NCBI GenBank assembly: GCA_012103325.1
Contig: WLWY01000001.1
Location: 1,153,653-1,217,652, forward strand
Direction: 5' to 3'
DNA: 64,000 nt
From: Alphaproteobacteria bacterium
GTDB lineage: Bacteria; Pseudomonadota; Alphaproteobacteria; UBA8366; GCA-2717185
How positions within the stretch are numbered: the first letter of the stretch is position 1; every line of letters starts with the position of its first letter. Both the position numbers and the translations under genes were made by a program. The notes under the pieces are model-generated. The model saw only the letters and a list, made by a program, of their open reading frames with translations, made no database searches and was not told the DNA's origin. Below are positions 50,710 to 60,229 of this stretch, one piece after another.

Positions 50710-51933
50710 TCAAATCACGCCGCCACCGCGCAGCGCTTCGATCTCATCGGCCGACATGCCAAGCAGGCCGCCCAGCACTTCATCTGTATGGGCGCCGAGC
50801 GGCGGCCCGGGCCAGCGGATCTTGCCTGGGTCTTCCGGCACGCCGGGCACGATGCCGGCCTGCAGGACTTTGCCGAACAGCGGGTCGTCAACGTCCCGGA
50901 CCATTTCGCGGTGGCGGTATTGTGGGTCGTTGGCGACGTCGGCGGCGGTGTAGACCAGCGAACTTGGGATATCCGCGTCGGCCAGGACGTCGAGCAGGGC
51001 GTCGGCGGTGAACTTGGCGGTCCATTGGCCGATGATCTCGTCCAGGACCTCGACATTCTCGACCCGCGCCTGATTGCCAATGAAGCGTGCATCTCGTTCC
51101 AATTCCGGCTGGCCCATCGCCTTGGAGAGCCGGCCGAACAGCGGTTCGGAGTTCGCCGCGATCAGCACCCATTTGCCGTCCGATGCCAGATAGGCGCTGG
51201 TCGGGGCGGCGGTCGCGATGCGCGAGCCCGTGGGCTCCTTCACCATGTCGAGCACGCCATATTCCGGCAACATGCCCTCCATCATGCTGAGCACGGATTC
51301 GGTGAGCGCCACATCGAGGCTGCGCGGGCGCGCATCGCCACCGACCCGGTCACGCTGCCACAGCGCCGCCATCACACCGAACGCCGCGTACAGGCCGGCA
51401 ATCGAATCGCCGATGCTGACCCCAACGCGGACCGACGGCAGGTCGGAGGCGCCGGGCGCGTGGTCGGTCAGGTAGCGCAGCCCGCCGAGCGACTCACCAA
51501 TGACGCCGAACGCCGCTTTGTCGCGGTACGGCCCGTCCTGGCCGTAGCCGCTTACATGCGCAATGACGAGATCCTCCCGCGCGCTGCGCAGCACGTTGGG
51601 CCCGAGCCCCATGCGCGCCAGCTGCCCCGGGCGAAAATTCTCCACCACCGCGTCGCTTACCTTGGCGAGACCGAGCACGATGTCCTTCGCCTTCGGGTCC
51701 TTCAGGTTGAGCGTCATGCAGCGCTTGTTGCGCGCGTGCTGCGACCACCAGGGCGAATTGCCGTCGACATGGGTCCCCCACTGCCGGATCGGATCGCCCG
51801 CGGGCGGTTCGATCTTGATCACGTCCGCGCCGAGATCGGCGAGCAGCCGCGTACCAAACGGGGCGGCGATAAAGTGCCCGATCTCCAATACCCGCAGTCC
51901 AGTGAGCGGTCCCGCCCGCGTGCCGTCGTTCAT
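50710..51933 (-). CDS. CoA-transferase family III (CaiB/BaiF) protein
   Basis: N-terminus PLTGLRVLEIGHFIAAPFGTRLLADLGADVIKIEPPAGDP. Confidence 0.85.
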   Translation of the reverse strand: MNDGTRAGPLTGLRVLEIGHFIAAPFGTRLLADLGADVIKIEPPAGDPIRQWGTHVDGNSPWWSQHARNKRCMTLNLKDPKAKDIVLGLAKVSDAVVENFRPGQLARMGLGPNVLRSAREDLVIAHVSGYGQDGPYRDKAAFGVIGESLGGLRYLTDHAPGASDLPSVRVGVSIGDSIAGLYAAFGVMAALWQRDRVGGDARPRSLDVALTESVLSMMEGMLPEYGVLDMVKEPTGSRIATAAPTSAYLASDGKWVLIAANSEPLFGRLSKAMGQPELERDARFIGNQARVENVEVLDEIIGQWTAKFTADALLDVLADADIPSSLVYTAADVANDPQYRHREMVRDVDDPLFGKVLQAGIVPGVPEDPGKIRWPGPPLGAHTDEVLGGLLGMSADEIEALRGGGVI

Positions 51934-51967
51934 CTTCTCGTATCCTTTGCGAATTCGGCGCGGCGGG

Positions 51968-52459
51968 CTATTTCTGCTTCCGCCCGCGCATATCTTCCCC
52001 GTAGAAATCCTTCGTGGCGCGCCGCCGGTCCGGTCCGAAATAGCTTGCCACCTGGACGAACTCGCGGGGGTTCGTGACGGTCGCGGTGATGCGTTTCTTG
52101 AAGTCGTTCGCGGAGAAAGGCTTGATCAGGAATTCCGTCACACCGGCATCGCGCGCTTCGGTAACATCGCTCATGCTCGGCATGGCCGTCGTCATCAGAA
52201 TGGGAACGAGCGGGTTCGGGCTGTCCGCCGCGGTGCGAATCATGCGCGTCAGATCGATACCGTCCAGCGTCTCCATGTACCGCTCGGTGATGACGATATC
52301 GAAGCGCCGGTTGCGCAATTCGGCATAAGCGCGGCTGCCATCGTCCACCGTGTAGACCTGCGCTATGCCCATCGCATTCAGCATATCGCGGCACAGCACG
52401 CGCATGCTCCGGTCGCTATCGACGATCAAGATACTGAGATTCTTCAAGTCTTCCGACAT
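51968..52459 (-). CDS. Single-domain response regulator (CheY-like receiver)
   Basis: ILIVDSD…DIVITERYM…TT…K pattern. The start is placed at MSEDLKN; the ORF track extends further upstream. Confidence 0.75.
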   Translation of the reverse strand: MSEDLKNLSILIVDSDRSMRVLCRDMLNAMGIAQVYTVDDGSRAYAELRNRRFDIVITERYMETLDGIDLTRMIRTAADSPNPLVPILMTTAMPSMSDVTEARDAGVTEFLIKPFSANDFKKRITATVTNPREFVQVASYFGPDRRRATKDFYGEDMRGRKQK

Positions 52460-52657
52460 GCAAGCACGCTTTGCTTTCCCACAGGGCGCGCAATTATATC
52501 GTGACGGCGCATTCTTGGGTTGAGAAATTTTCGCCGAAGGGTCGTTTCCAACCTCTGATCGCATTGATTGACTTCCACAGCGACCGGCAGCACTATTAAT
52601 GAGTACGCATCCCCTATCTTCGATATCGCCTATCAGAGTCAAAGAAGGATCGTAACA

Positions 52658-53473
52658 ATGCCCCGGTTCATTCGGTATACCCTATTCGCCGCACTGCTTG
52701 GCATTTTCGGCGCGCCGTTCGGCGTCGGCCATGCGGCGACCCAGTCCCTTGCCCTGCTCGAAACGGACGCGCCCCTGCCGCTGGTCTGCGAGAACGGCGT
52801 ATGCAAGGCGGAGTTCTCGACATTCTGCCTGCAAAAGGAACGCGATCTGCCGCGCGCCGGCGACCCCTACACCGTTGCCGATGGCGGCGCGGTCGGGCTG
52901 GTCCTGACCGGCCCGGACGGCTCGGTTAAGCGGGTGCCAGCCGCCAGCCACGTCCGCATCAGCGCGGCGCGCAGCGGCCACACCGCCGTCACCATCGAAC
53001 TGAACCGGAGCGTTCTGGACAGGCTCGGCGCACACCATGCCGCGATCGAAGTCGGCGAGCGGGTCGCGTTGATGCCGGTTCCAATCGTCGGCGACGACAA
53101 CCCGCAGACCGAACAGGACAAGCTGTTGGCGGCCGGCCCGCTGCGCCAGCTCGGCCAGGCCATCGTCGATCAGGGTCCGCATGACATCAACCGCGTCCGG
53201 GTTCTGAACCGGCTGATCAACGCCCTGCCAGATTCGATCGACATGCACGCCGACGCGCGGCAAACCCTATGGCGCCGTGCGGTGGATACCGGCTTCCAGG
53301 CGGCACCGCCCGCGCGCGTCGCGAAAGCGGCCCAAGAGTACGATGCCTGCTGGCAGGACCGCGTCGTCGCCCTGTTCGGCTATTCGGTCCGCCACTGCCT
53401 GCAACGCCAGCATGACGGGCTGATGTGGGGCCACGTCAAACGCTACTGGAACGCGGCCGGCGCGGGTAGTTAG
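52658..53473 (+). CDS. Hypothetical secreted protein
   Basis: Signal peptide MPRFIRYTLFAALLGIFGAPFGVGHAATQ; AAGGA Shine-Dalgarno; no family recognised. Confidence 0.55.
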   Translation: MPRFIRYTLFAALLGIFGAPFGVGHAATQSLALLETDAPLPLVCENGVCKAEFSTFCLQKERDLPRAGDPYTVADGGAVGLVLTGPDGSVKRVPAASHVRISAARSGHTAVTIELNRSVLDRLGAHHAAIEVGERVALMPVPIVGDDNPQTEQDKLLAAGPLRQLGQAIVDQGPHDINRVRVLNRLINALPDSIDMHADARQTLWRRAVDTGFQAAPPARVAKAAQEYDACWQDRVVALFGYSVRHCLQRQHDGLMWGHVKRYWNAAGAGS

Positions 53474-55833
53474 GCCGCCCGGTCCTTCAGGGCGCTCCAG
53501 AGTCGCTGCGAGGTCGCCGGCATGTCGAAATGGGTAATGCCGGCCTCGCGCGCCAGCACATCGACGATTGCATTCATGATGGCCGGCAAAGCGCCCGTGC
53601 AGCCGGCCTCGCCACACCCTTTGGCGCCGAGCGGATTGGTTTTGGCCGGCACCGGATGTGAGGCGAACACGAAATCGGGCAGGTCGTCCGCCCGCGGCAT
53701 CACGTAATCCATGTAGGAGCCAGAGATAAGCTGGCCGTCTTCGCTGTAGGACGTCGTCTCCATCAGCGCCTGGCCAAGCCCCTGGATCACGCCGCCATGG
53801 ACCTGACCTTCGACCAACATCGGATTGATCAGCGTTCCGAAATCGTCGACGATGACATAACGGTCGACCCGGACGACGCCGGTGTCCGGCGCGATTTCCA
53901 CTTCCGCGATATGGCAGCCGTTCGGAAAGGCGGACGGCGGCGTTTCTTCCGCCAGCTCCGCATCGAGTGATTCCGGCACATCGTCCGGCAAGGCGGTTCC
54001 GCCGCGCAGGCTGTCGGCGAGTTCCATGATCGAGATCGCCCGGTCGGTACCGGCGACGCGGAACGTACCCCTCTCGAACTCGATATCCTCGACCGCGGCT
54101 TCGAGCACGTAGCTGGAAATCTGCCGGCCGTTCTCTATCACCGCGTCGGCGGCGTGCAGCAGGAGGGTGCCCGCGGAAATCACGGTGCGCGACCCGCCCG
54201 TCCCCGCACCCGCGATCAACTCGTCGCTGTCACCCTGCAACAGCCGGAACCGGTCGAACGGAATGCCAAGCTTGGTCGTCAGGATCTGCGCGAAGGTGGC
54301 GGCGTGACCCTGCCCGTAATTCAGCGAACCGGAGACCATCGTCACCGTACCGTCTTCCTCGAAACGGATGCCGCCCATCTCCGTCGCCGGCGGTCCGGTC
54401 ACTTCCAGATAGCAGCCGATCCCAAGCCCGCGCAGCATTCCCTTTGCGGCGGACGTTTCGCGCCGCGCGTCGAACCCGTCCCAGTCTGCCGCCGCGAGTG
54501 CCTTGTCGAGCACGGCGGGAAAGTCGCCGCTGTCATAGGTCAGTTCCGAAACCGCGTCATAGGGCATTTCATCCGCCGCGATGATGTTGCGCCGGCGCAG
54601 TTCGATGCGGTCGATGCCCATCTCGCGCGCCGCGGTATCCATCAGCCGTTCCATGTAATAGACGCCTTCCGGACGTCCGGCGCCGCGATAGGCACCGATC
54701 GGCGTCGTGTTGGTGAACACCGCGTGCGAGCGGGCATTGAACACCGGCAGGCGATAGACGCCGGGAAAATTCCGCGGGATGTTGCGCGTGCTCATCGATG
54801 GCCCGACGGCACTCAGATAGCCGCCGAGATTGGCGTAGCTGACGACGCGACCGGCGAGGATGCGGCCCCCTGCATCGAAAGCGAGCGACGCCTCGGCCCA
54901 GCTGTCGCGGCCGTGCTGATCGGACATAAAACTGTCGCTACGATAGTCGCACCATTTCACCGGGCGGCCCAGCAGCCGGGCGGCAATCAACACCGGTGCA
55001 TATTCCGGATAGGGCGCCGACTTCATGCCGAAGGAGCCACCGACTTCGTAGGTTCTCACCCGAAGCTGCTCGCGCGGGATGCACAGGATCTGGGTCGCAA
55101 GCACACCGGTGAACCCGAAGACGCCTTGTGTCGGTACATGCATGGTGTACCGGCCGCTATCGGCATCGTACTCGCCCACCGCCGCCCGCGGCTCCATCGC
55201 CGCAACGACGACCCGGTTGTTGCGCAGGGTCAGGCTGCTAACATGATGCGCGGACTCAAATATCCGGTCGACCTCCGCACCGTCGCCGAATTCCCAATCC
55301 AGCGCCTGGTTGCCCTTCGCCGCGTCATGCAATTGCGGGGCATCGGTGCGCATCGCCTCCCTTGCATCGGTCACCGCCGGCAGAACATCGACGTCGAATT
55401 GGATCAGCTCCGCCGCATCCCTGGCGAGCGCCAGACTTTCCGCAACGACGAAGGCGACGGCCTCGCCGCAATAGCGGACCCGGTCGGTGGCCAGCGACGG
55501 CCGTTCCGGTTTCACCAACGGCGACCCGTCGCGGCTCTTCACCGCCAGCCGGCAGGGAAGCGGTGCGACCCCTTCGGCTTCCAGATCCGCCGCGGTCAGA
55601 ACCGCAAGCACGCCCCGCGCGGTTTTCGCCGCCGACACATCGAGCGTCGTGATGACGCCATGCGCGTAGGGCGACCGGAACACATACCCGTAGGCCTGGC
55701 CCGGAAGACTGAAATCGTCCGTGAAACACCCGTCGCCCCGAAGCAAGCGCGGATCCTCCGTGCGCGAAACCGATTGGCCGACAGCGAATTTTTCAAACGA
55801 TGAGTCTGACAACGCTCGTGCACCCCTGCTCAT
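53470..55833 (-). CDS. Molybdopterin-binding subunit of a xanthine dehydrogenase / aerobic CO dehydrogenase-like (CoxL-family) enzyme
   Basis: 787 aa. N-terminus SVSRTEDPRLLRGDGCFTDDF, with aldehyde-oxidase/xanthine-dehydrogenase a/b hammerhead and molybdopterin-binding regions. Confidence 0.8.
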   Translation of the reverse strand: MSRGARALSDSSFEKFAVGQSVSRTEDPRLLRGDGCFTDDFSLPGQAYGYVFRSPYAHGVITTLDVSAAKTARGVLAVLTAADLEAEGVAPLPCRLAVKSRDGSPLVKPERPSLATDRVRYCGEAVAFVVAESLALARDAAELIQFDVDVLPAVTDAREAMRTDAPQLHDAAKGNQALDWEFGDGAEVDRIFESAHHVSSLTLRNNRVVVAAMEPRAAVGEYDADSGRYTMHVPTQGVFGFTGVLATQILCIPREQLRVRTYEVGGSFGMKSAPYPEYAPVLIAARLLGRPVKWCDYRSDSFMSDQHGRDSWAEASLAFDAGGRILAGRVVSYANLGGYLSAVGPSMSTRNIPRNFPGVYRLPVFNARSHAVFTNTTPIGAYRGAGRPEGVYYMERLMDTAAREMGIDRIELRRRNIIAADEMPYDAVSELTYDSGDFPAVLDKALAAADWDGFDARRETSAAKGMLRGLGIGCYLEVTGPPATEMGGIRFEEDGTVTMVSGSLNYGQGHAATFAQILTTKLGIPFDRFRLLQGDSDELIAGAGTGGSRTVISAGTLLLHAADAVIENGRQISSYVLEAAVEDIEFERGTFRVAGTDRAISIMELADSLRGGTALPDDVPESLDAELAEETPPSAFPNGCHIAEVEIAPDTGVVRVDRYVIVDDFGTLINPMLVEGQVHGGVIQGLGQALMETTSYSEDGQLISGSYMDYVMPRADDLPDFVFASHPVPAKTNPLGAKGCGEAGCTGALPAIMNAIVDVLAREAGITHFDMPATSQRLWSALKDRAA

Positions 55834-55915
55834 GGAAAGATGTCAACCGGCGTCCGAGCGCCGCGGATGCAATTGAACGAAATTCGACCGGCGACCGCAA
55901 CAGGGACACCGTCAA

Positions 55916-58165
55916 TTATGCCCGGTTGGGGAACCGTACCGTTACTGTCGTGCCTTCGCTGGGACGGCTGTCGATGTCGAGGGTGCCATCGTGCAGATCG
56001 ACGAGCGACTGGGTGATCGCGAGCCCGAGACCGATGCCGTCCTTGTGTTCGTATTTATCGACCTGGCCGCGCTCGAACGGTTTGGTGATATGCGGTAGGT
56101 CGTCATTGGCGATACCGACGCCCGTGTCGGTCACGCGTATTTCGCTCCACTTGTCGGCATGCCGCATCGATACGGTGACCGCACCGCCATCCGGCGTGAA
56201 CTTCACCGCGTTGGACATCAGATTGATGACGATCTGCTTGAAGGCCCGGCGGTCCGCAAAGACCCTCCGTGCGTCATCCGGCAACATGGCTTGCAGTTGC
56301 ACGGTGGACGCTTCGGCCATGTTGCGAACCAGCGCCACACACTCGTCGATGATCGCCGCCGCCGCGAGATCCTCTTTCATGACCGGGTACTCGCCGACCT
56401 CAATCCGGGAGATATCAAGAATATCGTTGATCAGTTCGAGCAGGTGGCGGCCGCTCGTATAAATGTCGTCGGTGTAGTCGACATAGCGCTCCGACCCCAG
56501 CGGCCCGAAGATTTCGCCGCGCATCGTATCGGCGAACCCCAATATGGCATTGAGCGGCGTGCGGATTTCGTGGCTCATATTCGCCAGGAATCGGGATTTG
56601 GCGAGGTTCGCGTCTTCTGCACTGATGATGGCGCGGTAGAGTTGTGATTCCGCCCGCTTTCTTTCCGTAACATCGATCATGACGCCGCCGAGATCCGTCA
56701 TCCGATCGCCGTCCGCTATCGGAAACTTGGTCAAGCTGAAAGTCCGCGTTTCACCGGTCGGAAGCGGTATGTCGATCTCGTCGGTCGTAACCGTATTCGA
56801 TCGTACCGTTTCCCGGTCGCCCGCATCGTACCGGTCGGCCCGTTCCTTTGGGTAAAGATCGTGGACGGTCTTTCCGACGATCTCATCCGGCTCGAGGCCG
56901 AACCAGTTCGCATAGGTCCGGTTGACCAGCTTGTAAGGACCATGCTGTTCTTTTAAAAACAGCGCAGCGGGCACATTGTCGAATATCGCGCGGAACCTCC
57001 GTTGGCTGGTGTGGAGTTCCCGTTCCGCGTTCTTCTGCTCGGTGATGTCCACCATGAAGCCGCGCAGGCGCGCAGGCCGGCCATTTTCGATAACCACCGT
57101 CACGATATCGCGAAGCCACACGGCCCGGCCGTCCGCGGCGATCATCCGGTACTCGAACTCGTGGTTCTCGCCGCGCTCGGTGGATGCGGTGCAATACGCC
57201 ACCGCGAAATCCCGATCCTCAGGATAGATGTGATCGGCCCAGAAGTTCTCCGTCTGCCACTCTTCAACAGGATAGCCGAGAAGATCGACTACCTGAGGCG
57301 ATACATAGGTAAATCGCCAGCTATCGAGATCCAGTTCCCAGGCGACCGCCTTCGTCGATTCGACGAGCTGGCGGAATCGCGCCTCGCTTTCCCGCAACGC
57401 GTCTTCCGTCTTCTTCCGCTCCGAAATATTTTTTACGGCGCCGCGAAACCCGAGGAACGTACCGGCAGCGTCGAACTTGGGAATACCGCTCACCGAGACC
57501 CAAACCGTCGTTCCGTCGGATTGCGGCCGAGGCAGCAAAAATTCGCGAAACGGCCGGTGTGCGGCCAAATTCTCCAGATGCATATCCCAGATTTCCGGCG
57601 GCACGCCAGGATTCCCCGATTCCTCACGAGTCTTTCCAAGCAACGCACCTTGCGAAAGCCCCGTTCCCGATGAAAACTTCTCCGACAGGTAGGAAAACCG
57701 CAGCTCGGCATCCATTTCCCAAAACCAGTCCGTCGCCGACTCGGCGAAGTCGCGGAATCGCTCCTCGCTTTTCTGAAGCGACTCCTTCATTTCGTTGTGA
57801 TCGGCAACCAGCTCGCTCTGCCGGCGATGGGCGACCCTAAGGGCGCGATTGTTCAAGGAGAAGCCCATACCAACGCCGACCAAACCGCCGATAACGACTA
57901 ACCAACTATATTCCAGATAGTGCCCGTTCGCCGCTGCACTGGCGCCGGCCGTCGGCGCGAACAGCGGCAGGCCATGCATGATGATGAGATCCGCCGCCCA
58001 AACCGTGATCAGAACGGTGCCGGCGATAAGCGGCACACGGCCTCGGCTCAGTGCCGCCTGAGCCGGCATTGGCCGTTCGGAAAAAAACGACCAGCCCGCG
58101 AAGGCTCCAAAGCCGACGACGATGAGCCCCACCGCCATCATTAATGGAACAGAGGACCAAATCAA
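55916..58165 (-). CDS. Membrane-bound PAS-domain sensor histidine kinase
   Basis: N-terminal transmembrane helices, at least three PAS/PAC-like repeats, HisKA (MSHEIRTPLNAILGF) and HATPase_c (DTGVGI…GLGLAI). Confidence 0.85.
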   Translation of the reverse strand: MIWSSVPLMMAVGLIVVGFGAFAGWSFFSERPMPAQAALSRGRVPLIAGTVLITVWAADLIIMHGLPLFAPTAGASAAANGHYLEYSWLVVIGGLVGVGMGFSLNNRALRVAHRRQSELVADHNEMKESLQKSEERFRDFAESATDWFWEMDAELRFSYLSEKFSSGTGLSQGALLGKTREESGNPGVPPEIWDMHLENLAAHRPFREFLLPRPQSDGTTVWVSVSGIPKFDAAGTFLGFRGAVKNISERKKTEDALRESEARFRQLVESTKAVAWELDLDSWRFTYVSPQVVDLLGYPVEEWQTENFWADHIYPEDRDFAVAYCTASTERGENHEFEYRMIAADGRAVWLRDIVTVVIENGRPARLRGFMVDITEQKNAERELHTSQRRFRAIFDNVPAALFLKEQHGPYKLVNRTYANWFGLEPDEIVGKTVHDLYPKERADRYDAGDRETVRSNTVTTDEIDIPLPTGETRTFSLTKFPIADGDRMTDLGGVMIDVTERKRAESQLYRAIISAEDANLAKSRFLANMSHEIRTPLNAILGFADTMRGEIFGPLGSERYVDYTDDIYTSGRHLLELINDILDISRIEVGEYPVMKEDLAAAAIIDECVALVRNMAEASTVQLQAMLPDDARRVFADRRAFKQIVINLMSNAVKFTPDGGAVTVSMRHADKWSEIRVTDTGVGIANDDLPHITKPFERGQVDKYEHKDGIGLGLAITQSLVDLHDGTLDIDSRPSEGTTVTVRFPNRA

Positions 58166-58405
58166 TAATTCACACCCTTAACAAGCAACGTTTCAGCTTG
58201 AGATCGAGCCGCATACGTTTTTGCGAAGCAGTCACAGCCCACTCCCTGCGCCAGATCGGTCTAACAATTTTAACTATTAATAAAATTTATGATGAATAAA
58301 TCGTTAATATCTATATTTCATTGGTTTTATTACAGCGTATGAAATTCTACTTCGTTCTCTTCTTGATAAAGGTTGTGACCACTAGAACCACAAAAGAGAG
58401 TCCGT

Positions 58406-58675
58406 TAATACCAAGAAGCGTTGATAGTGACCCCTAGAGATCGCGCATGCGGTCCGTCGGGTAGGAGGGGCGGCGCCGGCGATGTGGTGCATCGTCAAGC
58501 CGTTCCGACGCCCTCCGACGGACCGCATACGCGACCCGAAGGGCGGGTTATCCAGGCTTTCGGACAGCGTCGCGCCCGGCTTCCGATGCACCGCATCGCC
58601 GCACCGTGCGCTTCTTGCCGAAAACCTGGGTAACCTGTCTCTATGAGTCACTATCAACGCTTCTTGGTATAATGT
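58406..58675. repeat. ~270-bp long imperfect palindrome with perfect 23-bp terminal inverted repeats (MITE-like)
   Basis: Terminal inverted repeat TACCAAGAAGCGTTGATAGTGAC / GTCACTATCAACGCTTCTTGGTA. The arms are about 70% self-complementary with nested inverted repeats (GCATGCGGTCCGTCGG / CCGACGGACCGCATACGC). It generates two mirror-image ORFs, 58382-58657 on the - strand and 58421-58633 on the + strand. Confidence 0.65.
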
Positions 58676-58708
58676 CCTCGCCTATCGGAATCGCGGGAGA
58701 CAATTGGA

Positions 58709-59497
58709 ATGGCGGGACGGCTAGACGGCAAGGTGGCAATCGTTACGGGTGCGGCGTCGCGCGGCGAAGGGATTGGCAACGGCAAAGCCACTGCCTTGCT
58801 GTTCGCGCGCGAAGGCGCGCGCGTCATGCTGATAAACCGGTCGAAAGAACGCGCCGAGACGCTGCGCGAGGAGATTGCCGGCGAGGGCGGCGAGGCCGCA
58901 ATTTTCGCCGGCGACATGACCAACGCCGACGACGCGTCGGCCGCCATCGACGCGGCCGAGGAACGCTACGGCCGGCTCGATATTCTGTGCAACAATATCG
59001 GCATCGGCAGCCCCGGAAAGGTCGAGGACGTGACCGAGGCGCAATGGGACAAGATTATCGAAACCAATCTGAAATCGGCCATGCTCTGCGCGCGGGCGAG
59101 CATTCCCGCGATGCGGCGGGCCGGGGGCGGGTCGATTATCAATATTTCCTCCGTCGTCGGCGCCGGCGGCCTGGCCAGCGACGCCGGTGCGGTCGCCTAC
59201 GCAACCTCGAAAGCGGGCATGCATGGGTTCACCCAGTCCGTTGCGGCCGATTACGCCGCGGAGGGAATCCGATCGAACTGCATTGTCGTCGGCACCGTTC
59301 ACACGCCCATGGTGGCGGCGCGCGGGCCGGAATACCGCGAACGCCGGCGCCGCTCGGTGCCGTTGGAAACCGAGGGTACCGGATGGGACATCGGATGGGG
59401 CGCCGTCTATCTGGCCAGCGACGAGTCGCGATGGATCACCGGCCTGCTGCTGCCCATCGATGGCGGCCTGATGGCGATCCGGCCCTGGCCGCGTTAG
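58709..59497 (+). CDS. SDR family oxidoreductase
   Basis: Cofactor motif VAIVTGAASRGEGIG, NNIG, and the catalytic region YATSKAG. Confidence 0.85.
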   Translation: MAGRLDGKVAIVTGAASRGEGIGNGKATALLFAREGARVMLINRSKERAETLREEIAGEGGEAAIFAGDMTNADDASAAIDAAEERYGRLDILCNNIGIGSPGKVEDVTEAQWDKIIETNLKSAMLCARASIPAMRRAGGGSIINISSVVGAGGLASDAGAVAYATSKAGMHGFTQSVAADYAAEGIRSNCIVVGTVHTPMVAARGPEYRERRRRSVPLETEGTGWDIGWGAVYLASDESRWITGLLLPIDGGLMAIRPWPR

Positions 59498-59520
59498 GTC
59501 ATGGACTCATAAACTGCGCT

Positions 59521-59652
59521 GGTCTTGATCGTGAAATTCAAAGGATTGAATTTCGCGTGAATCAGCACACTAACTATTGGAGTCTAGTGTGATTCAGATC
59601 CTAAAATCCGCCGCATTCAATGCGGCGAACTTCAGAACCATCACACTAGTGT
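59521..59652. repeat. Composite CTAGTG palindromic element, copy D (type 1 + type 2)
   Basis: Type-1 unit TCTTGATCGTGAAATTCAAAGGATTGAATTTCGCGTGAATCAGCACACT, a spacer, then type-2 unit CTAGTGTGATTCAGATCCTAAAATCCGCCGCATTCAATGCGGCGAACTTCAGAACCATCACACTAG. It fills the SDR-GNAT intergenic region. Confidence 0.7.
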
Positions 59653-59659
59653 CGAAGAC

Positions 59660-60193
59660 ATGACAAACGGCACCCTCACCAGCCGGCCTGTCGAAGACGC
59701 CGATATTCCAATCCTCTGCGGGTTCCCGGCAAGCTTGGACGAACTCTCCTTCATGTTCCCGAATGCCGCCTTCCCGCTCACCGCCGAGGTGCTGCGCAAC
59801 GCCATCACAGAGCGCGAAGACTCCACTGTCGTCTGTATCGATGACGCAGTTGCGGGGTTTGCGAATTTCTATGGCTGTGCTACCGGGGAAAGCTGCTCCA
59901 TCGGGAACGTCATCGTCGATCCCGCACAGCGCGGCAAAGGTGTTGCCCGTTTCCTGATCGGCACCATGATCAATATTGCGGCCGAAAAACATCGAGCGAA
60001 ACGGGTCAAGCTCGTCTGCTTCAATAGCAATGTCGGCGGACTCTTGCTGTACACGAAACTGGGCTTCAAGCCTTACGCGATCGAGGGACGAGTAGATCCG
60101 CAAGGCGCGCGTGTCGCAATAATCCGCATGGCGCTGTCGATCGACGGCAAAACCGCGGACCCAGGCTTTGCGGAGGGAAAGAGCGGCAATTGA
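59660..60193 (+). CDS. GNAT family N-acetyltransferase
   Basis: Acetyl-CoA-binding motif NVIVDPAQRGKGVARFLI. Confidence 0.8.
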   Translation: MTNGTLTSRPVEDADIPILCGFPASLDELSFMFPNAAFPLTAEVLRNAITEREDSTVVCIDDAVAGFANFYGCATGESCSIGNVIVDPAQRGKGVARFLIGTMINIAAEKHRAKRVKLVCFNSNVGGLLLYTKLGFKPYAIEGRVDPQGARVAIIRMALSIDGKTADPGFAEGKSGN

Positions 60194-60229
60194 TGCTATT
60201 CTTGCCGCGAATTGTAGGAGGGCCCGGAT

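Noticed and set aside
50788-52077. 429-aa plus-strand ORF
   Set aside because: It is antisense to the CoA-transferase and response-regulator genes.
58166-58400. AT-rich 235-bp segment upstream of the histidine kinase as a possible inserted element
   Set aside because: It has no terminal repeats or ORF and is consistent with an AT-rich promoter/UP region. It is noted only as context for the adjacent long palindrome.
42050-59652. Possibility that the recurring repeats form a CRISPR array
   Set aside because: The copies are tens of kb apart, not separated by uniform short spacers. They are imperfect and palindromic as whole units rather than regularly spaced direct repeats. No cas genes are present.
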